Shown in pieces: positions 1-46,800 of a stretch of DNA of 64,000 nt. Location of the stretch: contig NC_042999.1 of assembly GCF_006345805.1 (NCBI RefSeq), forward strand, positions 156,116,001 to 156,180,000, given 5' to 3'. Source of the stretch: Octopus sinensis (lineage: Eukaryota). The notes below the pieces were generated by a model. That model was given only the letters and a program-made list of their open reading frames with translations, was not told where the DNA came from and did not search any database. Within the stretch, counting starts at the first letter, position 1. Every line of letters begins with the position of its first letter. The position numbers were made by a program, and so were the translations under genes.

Positions 1-1
1 C

Positions 2-692
2 CTCAATCTGGTCTTTCTGTCGCTTAATCACTACCCCATCTTTCCCAACTTTCACTCATTGAAACTTATTCACACGATCGCAAAACATTTCGTCTCAAAT
101 CTTCTGCCGCCAAATCTCATCCTTCCCAGTGAGCGATGGCGTTTTCTCCCTCTGTTATCACTATGTATCTCTCTCTATCTCTCTCTGCGGTGTCGTTGTC
201 TCCCTCTGTTATCACCATGTCTCTTTCTCTGTATATATTTCACTTGGTTCCATAGGCTTCTGCCTCCTACTCACACCTCCGCCTCCCCTATAAAACCCAA
301 TGCACGAGGCTTGACCGCCCCTTACTATTCCTTTTCTCCTGGCTGTAACACACGAAACACGAACCTCAGGATGAGAAATATCAGCTAAGATATATATTTA
401 AGTTTCCGACCTGTTTGCTCCTTTCATTGTTTTTTTTGCAAGTATTATTATCACCATCAAGCCTTATTGTTGTCTTTCGTCTCAAATGCTAGCTAAGTAT
501 TATTATCACCATCAAGCCTTATCGTTGTCTTTCGTCTCAAATGCTAGCTGAAGCATTTCTCAATCTGGTCTTTCTGTCGCTTAATCACTACCCCATCTTT
601 CCCAACTTTCACTCATTGAAACTTATTCACACGATCGCAAAACATTTCGTCTCAAATCTTCTGCCGCCAAATCTCATCCTTCCCAGTGAGCG
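2..692 (+). repeat. direct repeats upstream of the RTE ORF
   Basis: 2-135 matches 559-692 (134 bp, offset 557); a tandem pair of about 55 bp lies at 440-549. Confidence 0.9.
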
Positions 693-883
693 GTGCGCCC
701 GCCCTCCCGCCCCCTCCACCTGTACCGGAAGTCCTTATCTCAGCTTGTCTTCCTTTACTTTTCTTCCATGAACACCTAAAGGCCTTAAGCCAATACCACC
801 CCTTCTATATAAGGTGGTGAAAATACGGCGCAAAACATGATAGTGTAGTGTAACAGGTTGAACTTAAGATCATTGCTTTGCTT

Positions 884-3800
884 ATGAATTCTGCCAAATG
901 CGAGCTTTCTTCTTTTCAGGTACATGACGCCACTGCTCCCCGTCCCTGGACCTCTCGGGTCCATACCTTCCACTCCTTCAGGGTAGGCACCCTCAACGTT
1001 GGCACACTGAAAGGTAGATCTGGCGAGATAGTTGAGATGCTTGAACGGAGATGGGTTGATGTATGTTGCATGCAAGAAATAAGGTGGAGAGGAGGATCTG
1101 CTAGGTTCCTCACAGGCAAGGAACACAGGTACAAGATTTTCTGGGCAGGGAACACTGACGGGGTCGGTGGCGTGGGTATACTTATCGCTGAGAAATGGGT
1201 AGATAGAGTAATTGAGGTAATCAGAGTAAGTGACAGAATACTTAAGATTAGAATAGTGCTTCATAATAGATTAGCAACCATTATATCGGCCTATGCCCCT
1301 CAGCCAGGGCTACCCGATGGACAGAAAGACAGTTTCTATGACACCCTACTGCAGACCACCTCATTGACGAACGACAGGGACCTTCTCTTTGTGGCTGGTG
1401 ATTTCAATGGGCATGTTGGACGACATGCTGGGGGCTTCCATGGCGTACATGGAGGCTACGGTTATGGTTCCCGCAACGAGGAGGGAACCAGGCTGCTGGA
1501 GTTCTGCGATGCAAATGACCTTATGGTCTGCAATACCAACTTCAGGAAACCCACCTCTCACCTAGTCACCTACCATTCTGGCAGACACACCAGCCAGATT
1601 GACTACATCCTTGCCAGAAAAAGGGAAAGATGGCTGCTTATAAATGCCAAAACCTTCCAGGCGAAGAATGCACCCCACAACATAGACTGGTAGTTAGTGA
1701 CTTTAGGATCAGGACTAAGAGGGCGACTAGAAGACGACCAACATGGAGAAGAAGGGTCTGGAAGCTAAAAGACCCTGCGAATGGACAGAGATTTAGAGAT
1801 ATGCTACTTGAAGCCTTTGACGAAGTGGAAGGGGGTATAGCTACGCATGGGGTAGAAGACAACTGGACGTTTCTGAGGGACAACCTGCTGAAAGCCGCTG
1901 ACCAGATCTGTGGCTGGTGCAAAGTCCCCTTAAGACCCAAAATAACGTGGTGGTGGAACAATATTGTTGACAGGGCTATTAGACAAAAGAAACAGGCTTG
2001 GAAGGCCTGGAAGAACGGTGGTAGCAGGGAAGTGTATCAGACTGCCAGAAGGGAAGCTAGGAGACAGGTCTATCTAGCCAGAGGGGAGGCAGATAAAGAA
2101 AAATTTGCCAATGTCCTGCGCCGTGAGGATGAAAGACTTGAGGTATTTCGTGTTGCAAGACAGTGTGTGAGAGAGAATCGTGACGTGGTAGGAGAGAAAT
2201 GTGTTCGCAAGGATGACGGTTCACTTGCGCTAAATGAGGATGCAAAGAGAGAGGCTTGGAGACGCCACTATGAAAGGTTGCTGAATGAGGAAAATGAATG
2301 GGATAAAGAGAGTCTCCCGAATGTCGACCCAACAGAGGGACCAGCAATCCGAGTTAACAGTTCCTTAGTAGATAAGGCAATTAGAAGCATGAAAACAGGG
2401 AAAGCCCCAGGCCCATCAGGAATTACTGCAGAGATGCTCAAAATATCTGGTAGTGTCGGCTATAGCTTAGTCACCCGTATAGTAAACCAGGTGATACACG
2501 AAGGAGTCATACCCAATGACTGGTGTAGCAGCATAATAGTCAACTGCTACAAAGGTAAAGGCGACGCCCTAGATACAAATAACTACAGGGGCATCAAGCT
2601 GCTGGATCAGGTAATGAAGGTTACGGAGAGGGTTATAGCCCAATTAATTAGAGAGAGAGTTAGCTTAGATGATATGCAGTTTGGGTTCGTGCCAAGGAAA
2701 AGTACTACTGATGCTATATTCCTGGTAAGACAGCTGCAGGAGAAATACCTAGCCAAAGATAAGCCCTTGTATCTGGCTTTTGTTGACTTGGAGAAAGCCT
2801 TTGACAGGGTCCCCCGATCCCTTATCTGGTGGTCAATGAGGAAACTAGGGATAGATGAATGGTTAGTGAGAGCTGTGCGAGCCATGTACAGAGACGCTGC
2901 TAGTAAGGTGAGGGTTGGCAACGAGTACAGTGAAGAATTCCGGGTAGAGGTTGGGGTCCACCAAGGTTCAGTCCTCAGTCCCCTCCTATTTATCATAGTC
3001 CTCCAGGCAATAACGGAGGAATTCAAGACAGGATGCCCCTGGGAGCTCCTCTATGCTGATGACCTTGCTCTAATTGCTGAGTCACTATCAGAACTGGAGG
3101 AGAAGTTTCAGGTGTGGAAACAAGGATTAGAATCGAAGGACCTTAGAATCAACCTAGCCAAAACTAAAGTCCTAATAAGTAGGAAGGTGGACCAATCACA
3201 AACGACTTCAGGTAGATGGCCCTGCTCGATCTGTAAAAAAGGTGTAGGTAGAAACTCTATAAGGTGCACCAAGTGTAAGCTATGGACACATAAGAGGTGC
3301 AGCAATGTCAAAGGAAGGCTAACTAAGAAAATAGTTTTTGTCTGTGGCAGATGCTCAGGAGCAATAAACACTGGAAATGTGCAGAGACCAACTTCTACCA
3401 CGTTCCAGGGAAACAAACTAGAAGTAGTTGATAGCTTCCGCTACCTAGGAGACCAAGTCAGTAGCGGGGGTGGGTGTGCTGAAAGTGTAACTGCTAGAGT
3501 AAGAATAGCCTGGGCAAAGTTTAGAGAGCTCTTACCCCTGCTGGTGACAAAAGGCCTCTCGCTAAGAGTAAAAGGCAGACTATATGATGCGTGTGTACGT
3601 ACAGCCATGCTACATGGTAGTGAAACATGGGCCGTGACTGCTGAGGATATGCGTAAGCTCGCAAGAAATGAAGCCAGTATGCTCCGATGGATGTGTATGT
3701 CAGTGTTCATAATCGTCAGAGTGTAAGTACTTTGAGAGAAAAGTTGAACCTAAGAAGTGTCAGTTGTGGTGTGCAAGAGAGACGGCTGCGCTGGTATGGT

Positions 3801-4004
3801 CATGTGACGAGAATGGCTGAAGATAGTTGTGTGCAAAAGTGCTACACCCTAGCAGTTGAGGGAACCTGTGGAAGAGGTAGACCCAGGAAAACCTGGGACG
3901 AGGTGGTGAAGCACGACCTTCGAACTTTAGGTTTCACCAAGGAAATGACTGAAGACCGAGTCCTATGGAAGTGTGCTGTGCATGAGAGGACCCGGCAGGA
4001 CTAG
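884..4004 (+). CDS. RTE ORF (APE endonuclease + reverse transcriptase + PHD-type finger), about 1040 aa, interrupted by two 1-bp deletions
   Basis: Endonuclease motifs GTLNVGTL, MQEIRW, SAYAPQ, GDFNGHVG, QIDYIL; RT motifs FVDLEKAFDRV, GVHQGSVLSPLLF, LYADD, FRYLG; C-terminal RLRWYGHV and RGRPRKTW. Frameshifts at about 1657 and 3697; (3121+2)/3 = 1041 codons. Confidence 0.92.
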
Positions 4005-6120
4005 TCAGGCCATATCCCGTGGCCCCTACCTGGGACGTAGTCGATCCACCTGTGCATACCTTCCTTCTTGTGACACTTGTGAAGACCTGCTGAGGCAAGT
4101 GAAAATCAATCAAAACAAATCAAAATAGATGAACATCAATGGAATTTGTATCTTTGTGGTACCACTGCCTGTGGCACACAAGAAAACCATCCGAACGTGG
4201 CCGTAGCCAGTACCGCATCGACTGGCCTCCGTGCTGTGGGAACATGGTGGCACATAAAAACACCATCCGAAGACCCGGCAAGACTAGTCATGTCATAACC
4301 CGTGGCCCCTACCTGGGACGTAGTCAGTCCACCTGTACATACCTTCCTTCTTGTGACACTTGTGAAGACCTGTTGAGGCAAGTGAAAATCAAAACAAATC
4401 AAAATAGATGAACATCAATGGAATTTGTATCTTTGTGGTACCAGTGCCGGTGGCACACAAGAATCCATCCGAACGTGGCCGTAGTCAGTACCGCATCACT
4501 GGCCATCGTGCTGTGGGCACATAACAACACCATCCGATCGTGGCCGTTCGCCAGCCTCATCTAGCACCTGTGTCGGTGGCACATAAAAACACCATCCGAA
4601 GACCCGGCAAGACTAGTCAGGCCATAACCCATGGCCCCTACCTGGGACGTAGTCAGTCCACCTGTGCATACCTTCCTCCTTGTGATACTTGTGAAGGCCT
4701 GTTGAGGCAAGTGAAAATCAAAATCAAATCAAAACAAATCAAAATAGATGAACATCAATGGAATTTGTATCTTTGTGGTACCAGTGCCGTGGCACACAAG
4801 AGAAAACCATCCGAAAGTGGCCGTAGCCAGTACCGCATCGACTGGCCTCCGTGCTGTGGGCACATGACAAACACCATCCGATCGTGGCCGTTCGCCAGCC
4901 TCATCTAGCACCTGTGTCGGTGGCACAAAAACACCATCCGAAGACCCGGCAAGACTAGTCAGGCCATAACCCATGGCCCCTACCTGGAACGTAGTCAGTC
5001 CACCTGTGCATACCTTCCTTCTTGTGACACTTGTGAAGACCTGTTGAGCAAGCAAAAAAGTGAAATCAAAAAAATCAATCAAAACAATCAAATAGATGAA
5101 CATCAATGGAATCTGTATCTTTGTGGTACCAGTGCCGTGGCACACACTTTGTGGTACCAGTGCCGGTGGCACACAAGAAAACCATCCGAACGTGGCCGTA
5201 GCCAGTTCCGCATCGACCGCCTCCGTGCTGTGGGCACGTAACAAACACCATCCGATCATGGCCGTTCGCCAGCCTCATCTGGCACCTGTGTCGGTGGCAC
5301 ATAAAAACACCTTCCGAAGACCCGGCAAGACTAGTCAGTCCACCTGTGCATACCTTCCTTCTTGTGACACTTGTGAAGACCTGTTGAGGCAAGTGAAAAT
5401 CAAATCAAATCAAAATAGATGAACATCAATGGAATTTGTATCTTTGTGGTACCAGTGCCTGTGGCACACAAGAAATCCATCCGAACGTGGCCGTAGTCAG
5501 TACCGCATCGACTGGCCATCGTGCTGTGGGCACATAACAAACACCATCCGATCGTGGCCGTTCGCCAGCCTCATCTAGCACCTGTGTCGGTGGCATATAA
5601 AAACACCATCCGAAGACCCGGCAAGACTAGTCAGGCCATATCCCATGGCCCCTACCTGGGACGTAGTCAGTCCACCTGTGCATACCTTCCTCCTTGTGAT
5701 ACTTGTGAAGGCCTGTTGAGGCAAGTGAAAATCAAAATGAAATCAAAACAAATCAAATCAAATCAAATCAAAACAAATCAAAATAGATGAACATTAATGG
5801 AATTGTATCTTTGTGGTACCAGTGCCGGTGGCACACAAGAAAACCATCCGAACGTGGCCGTAGCCAGTACCGCAGCGACTGGCCTCCGTGCTGTGGGCAC
5901 GTAACAAACACCATCCGATCGTGGTCGTTCGCCAGCCTCATCTGGCACCTGTGTCGGTGGCACATAAAAACACCATCCGAAGACCCGGCAAGACTAGTCA
6001 GGCATAACCTGTGGCCCCTACCTGGGACGTAGTCAGTCCACCTGTGCATACCTTCCTTCTTGTGACACTTGTGAAGACCTGTTGAGACAAGTGAAAATCA
6101 AAACAAATCAAAATAGATGA
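3988..6120 (+). repeat. 7-unit tandem array of the RTE ORF end plus proximal 3' UTR (about 283-376 bp units)
   Basis: agacccggcaagactag unit starts at about 3988, 4271, 4600, 4942, 5318, 5614 and 5981; each unit has a gtgaaaatc(aaaatc/aaatc)n tract. Confidence 0.92.
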
Positions 6121-6600
6121 ACATCAATGGAATTTGTATCTTTGTGGTACCAGTGCCGGTGGCACGTGGCACACAAGAAAACCATCCGAACGTGGCCGTA
6201 GCCAGTACCGCATCGACTGGCCTCCGTGCTGTGGGCACGTAACAAACACCATCCGATCGTGGCCGTTTGCCAGCCTCATCTTGGCACCTGTGTTGGTGGC
6301 ACATAAAAACACCATCCGAGCGTGGCCGTTTGTCAGCCTCGTCTGGCACCTGTGTCGGTGGCACATAAAATCACCCACTACACTCTCGGAGTTGTTGGTG
6401 TTAGGAAGGGCATCCAGCTGTAGAAACACTGCCAGATCTGACTGGACTGGTGCAGCTTTCGGGCTCCCCAGACCCCAGTTGAACCGTCCAACCCATGCTA
6501 GCATGGAAAGCGGTCGTTAAATGAAGAAGATGATGATGTTGAGGTACCTGACTCAATAGGTCTCCTCAAGCACAGCAGGTCACCTTACGATCCAGTTGGA

Positions 6601-6880
6601 ATTACAACCGTGTTTTGTGGTTTGCTACCACAACAGCTCCTTTATGGGATCCAGTTAGCTCAAGACATCATCAGGAGGAACCACGTTCGGTTTCGGCCCA
6701 TACTCCTCTACCGTTTTGACGTGGCGGGGCCCCCCCTTTCGGAGGTGTCTTCAGCTTTGGTGTTGGGTGCATGTCCTTTTTCTTCTGTTCCCTGGCCTCT
6801 TCGATGTATCGTCAGCGAGTGTCAGCCGGTGACTGACTGTCTTGTCAAATTTCTTCCTTTAAATACCTGCTGCATACAAA
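6601..6880. repeat. unclassified dispersed repeat B (possibly Penelope-LTR-like)
   Basis: Closely similar to 60817-60920 plus 61199-61375. Confidence 0.7.
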
Positions 6881-7184
6881 GCTACAAATGCTGAACTTCA
6901 GAATCTCTGATGATCTTTCCCGGTAACCCTCCACATTAAAGTAGCAAGAAAACAAAAAGGGGTGTAGGGAAAGAATCCATGGAAGACATAGATTGAGGTT
7001 CAAAGATACTGCGAAAAGAAATAGGAAGTGGAAAGGAATTGATCAGAAGAAATGGCAAACTCAAACAAAAAGCCGACCAGTATGGAGAAAGTTTATTAAG
7101 TCATGCCAAAGCCATGAACAGTCATAGTTACAAGGACCGACTGCAAATAATAATAAATAACATAAGTGAAGGCATGTGGCTCCT

Positions 7185-7465
7185 GGACCAGGCTGTGTGT
7201 TGTGTTCTTGAGCAAGACACTTTATTTCACGTTGCTTCAGTTCACTCATCTGTAGAAATGAGTTGCAACGTCACTGGTGCCAAGCTGTATAGGTGCTTAC
7301 CTTTCCCGTGGGTAACATCAGTGGTATGGAGAGGGGAGGCTGGTATGCATGGGCAACTACTGGTCTTCCATAAACAACCTTACCCGGACTTGTGCCTCGG
7401 TGGGGAACTTTCTAGGTGCAATCTCATGGTCATTCATGCCCAAAGGGGGTCTTTACCGTTTTTAA
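7185..7465 (+). mobile_element. SINE family E body (headless)
   Basis: tgtgttcttgagcaagacactttatttcac... matches 31078-31392 and the reverse complement of 50222-50512. Confidence 0.65.
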
Positions 7466-7870
7466 TATAATAATAATTCATATATATATATAGATACCAT
7501 TTTAACCATCTTTTTTCCCAATCCTTCTTTACTAGAATATCATCCCTCATGCTGTAAACAAGTAACCCTGCAATGGACTTTAGTCCTGTTCTGGGGAAAT
7601 ATTGTGATCTCGGTTACTTATTCACCATGGGAATCAGATAACTGGCCCCATGAATCCTAGGTTTTAAGACAGTAGTGTCTAGGAGTTGATGATGATGCTT
7701 TTTTTCTGAAGATGTTGAATCTCCTAGGACCTATAAAGGTTATGAGCAATGCCCTTTTCTCTTGATAAACCTATTAAAAAAGAAAAAAGACTTTACATGC
7801 CTCAGTCTACTTGGTTGACAAGTACCCTTCCCGAATTGTAATTAATTTTATCCGGTTTCTTTATTTATAG

Positions 7871-44359
<36,489 letters not shown>

Positions 44360-44360
<1 letters not shown>

Positions 44361-44468
44361 ATAAAGTTACAGAAACAAAGAGTAAAAGCTTGATCTACAA
44401 TTATTTTGAAATCTGACTATGATTATTATTATTATTATTTTATTTTATTTTTCATTGGAAGAAATAAA
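44360..44468 (+). terminator. candidate polyadenylation signals of SKIV2L
   Basis: AATAAA at 44360-44365 (overlapping the stop codon) and at 44463-44468, followed by T-rich sequence. Confidence 0.4.
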
Positions 44469-44519
44469 CTATATGTTGCTAATTAATGTTGTTATTTAAT
44501 TTTTATTTATTTTTTTCTA

Positions 44520-45003
44520 TGCGCCCTTTTCAAGCCTAGCCATGCTCATGGGCCCGGTTTCTGTGGTGTATGTGTTCCCCCCAGCTGGACGGGGCGCCAG
44601 TCCATTGCAGCATTAATCAAGAAACAGGAAGAAAGAGTGAGAAAAAGTTGGAGCAAAAGAGTACATATTTCTTTACTACCCACAAGGGGCTAAACACAGA
44701 GAGGACAAACGGATGAAGTCAATTATATCGACCCCAGTGCGTAACTGGTACTTATTTAATCGACCCCAAAAGGATGAAAGGCAAAGTCGACCTCGGCAGA
44801 ATGTAACGGCAGACGAAATACTGCTAAGCATTTCGCCCGACATGCTGACGTTTCTGCCAGCTCGCCGCAAAAGAGTACAATGGGTCGCCACCACCCCCTG
44901 CCAGAGCCTCGTGGAGCTTTAGGTGTTTTTACTCAATAAACACACACAACGCCCGGTTTGGGAATCGAAACTGCGATCCTCTGCCCTAACCACTGTGCCT
45001 CCA
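44520..45003 (-). mobile_element. SINE family F carrying a nested family D SINE (44666-44867)
   Basis: 12-bp TSD CAAAAGAGTACA at 44654-44665 and 44868-44879. Confidence 0.82.
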
Positions 45004-45267
45004 CAATTTATTTAATACATGAGCAAATGTTTACACGAATATTTGTTACTATACTTTCCATCAAAATACACTGCTTTTGTTTCAATTAAATTTGAAAGCA
45101 ATAAAGAATTTAGTAAAATTAACCTGTCATTATTAAACTGACATTTAGAACATAAATTAACATAACATTTTGCAGGAAGATTTTAATTTCGATCACTTTA
45201 AAATATGAATGGCTTATGAGGACTGTATGAAGCATTTACAAAAGTACAGTCAGCAAAGAGTTTAATA

Positions 45268-45557
45268 AGCAAATTTACTACACAAGTAGGGGTCTATTGG
45301 GGCTCAATTTTTTAGCCCCTTTATATTCATTACAGTCTTTAAAGCAAATTTGCTACACAAGTAGGAGTCTATTGGGGCTCAGTTTTAAGCCCCTTTATAT
45401 TCATTAGTCTTTAAAGCAAATTCGCTACACAAGTAGGGGTCTATTGGGGCTCAGTTTTAAGCCCCTTTATATTCATTAGTCTTTATAGCAAATTTGCTAC
45501 ACAAGTAGGGGTCTATTGGGGCCCAGTTTTAAGCCCCTTTATATTCATTAGTCTTTA
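45268..45557 (+). repeat. 4-unit tandem repeat (72-75 bp)
   Basis: agcaaattt.ctacacaagtagggg... starts at 45268, 45343, 45415 and 45487. Confidence 0.92.
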
Positions 45558-45639
45558 GGCTATAACACAAGCTTAAGACCTGCTTTCTGTGAGAACTTTT
45601 GTATTCTGACTACATAGACCTGGTGAGACAAGTGCGAAA

Positions 45640-46100
45640 TCGAAATCAAATTCAATGACTGGCATCCGGGCTAGTGGAGTGTTAAGAGTACCAGCTGAGC
45701 ATGATCATTACCAGAGCAACAAACTGGCTTCTGTGCTGATGGCATGTAAAAAGCACCATTCGAGCGTGATTGTTACTTTCGTCACCTTACTGGCACGTTA
45801 GAAAACATTTGAGCGAGGTCGTTGCCAGTGCTGCTGGACTGGCTCCTGTGCAGGTGGCACATAAAAAGCACCATTTGAGCGCGGCCGTCGCCAGTACCAC
45901 CTGACTGGCCCTCATGCCGGTGGCATGTAAAAGCACCCACTACACTCTTGGAGTGGTTGGCGTTAGGAAGGGCATCCAACTGTAGAAACTCAGCCAGATC
46001 AGATTGGAGCTTGGTGCTGCCACCTGGTTTGCCAGACCTCAGTCAAATCATCCAACCCATGCTAGCATGGAAAGCAGACATTAAACGATGATGATGATGA
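45640..46100 (+). mobile_element. RTE 3' end (second subfamily)
   Basis: Matches 10862-11330. Confidence 0.85.
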
Positions 46101-46611
46101 TTATGAAGTTCACAAAATAAACTAATGGAGGTTAAATTTTATTAATGATCTTCCAGTCTGGGCTATGGTTATACTCAGAATGCAAGGTAGTAGATTGATC
46201 ACAGATACAGAAAATAATTATGTGTGGAAGATGAAAATGAGAAAATTAGCATTAAGAGTACATGTGAAATAAAATCTTTAAATAGTGGTGATGCCCCAGC
46301 ATGGCCACAGCCTTCGGGCTAAAACATTTTTAAGGATTTAGCTCAGAAGGCTCTCAAGAAGTAGTTGACAGCTTTTGTCACCTTTACTGCTAATTTGTAG
46401 CCTAATTAGCAATGAAGTTGTGTACTGAAAGCTTAGTAGCCACTAAGGATGGAGGTAAAAAAAAAATTTAGGGTGCTGTTGCTTCTACATTATTACAAAG
46501 GATTCTGTTATTCAGCTGGACAACTGATTGCAGTGATTTTTCCATTCACCGTTCTCTATCAATATATGGATTTTGTCTCAACATTGCCATTCAGCCTTCA
46601 GGGGGTTATCA

Positions 46612-46800
46612 TAATCATCGTCATTTAATGTCTGCCTTCCATACTGGCATGGTTGGGATGGTTTGACAGGGGCCAGCCAGGCAGAAGCCTGCACCAGAGT
46701 TCTGTGACTGCTTTGGCAGGATTTTTACAGCTGGATGCTCTTCCTGACACCAACCATCCAGCAAAGTGGACTCAGTGCTTTCTATGTGGCACAAGCACAG
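46612..46800 (-). mobile_element. diverged RTE 3' end adjoining the satellite
   Basis: catcatttaatgtctgccttccatactggcatgg...ctggatgctcttcctgacaccaacc. Confidence 0.75.

Larger units (their letters stand above)
1..6538 (+). mobile_element. near-full-length RTE-clade LINE, same sense as SKIV2L and probably intronic; 5' boundary uncertain
   Basis: Single APE-RT ORF 884-4004, a long 3' UTR, a terminal palindrome and a (GAT)n-like tail ending at about 6538. Confidence 0.9.

Noticed and set aside
785-3710. Minus-strand ORFs overlapping the RTE
   Set aside because: Antisense shadows of the RT/endonuclease ORF with no recognisable motifs.
4136-6520. Numerous overlapping ORFs (MPPTQVP..., MCHRHRC...) and a CRISPR-like look
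   Set aside because: These are translations of the RTE 3' UTR array. The units are whole-length repeats without unique spacers, there are no cas genes, and the context is eukaryotic.
6610-6894. Similar peptides at 6610-6894 and 61176-61409 as paralogous genes
   Set aside because: Both are translations of dispersed repeat B; there are no splice signals or domain motifs.
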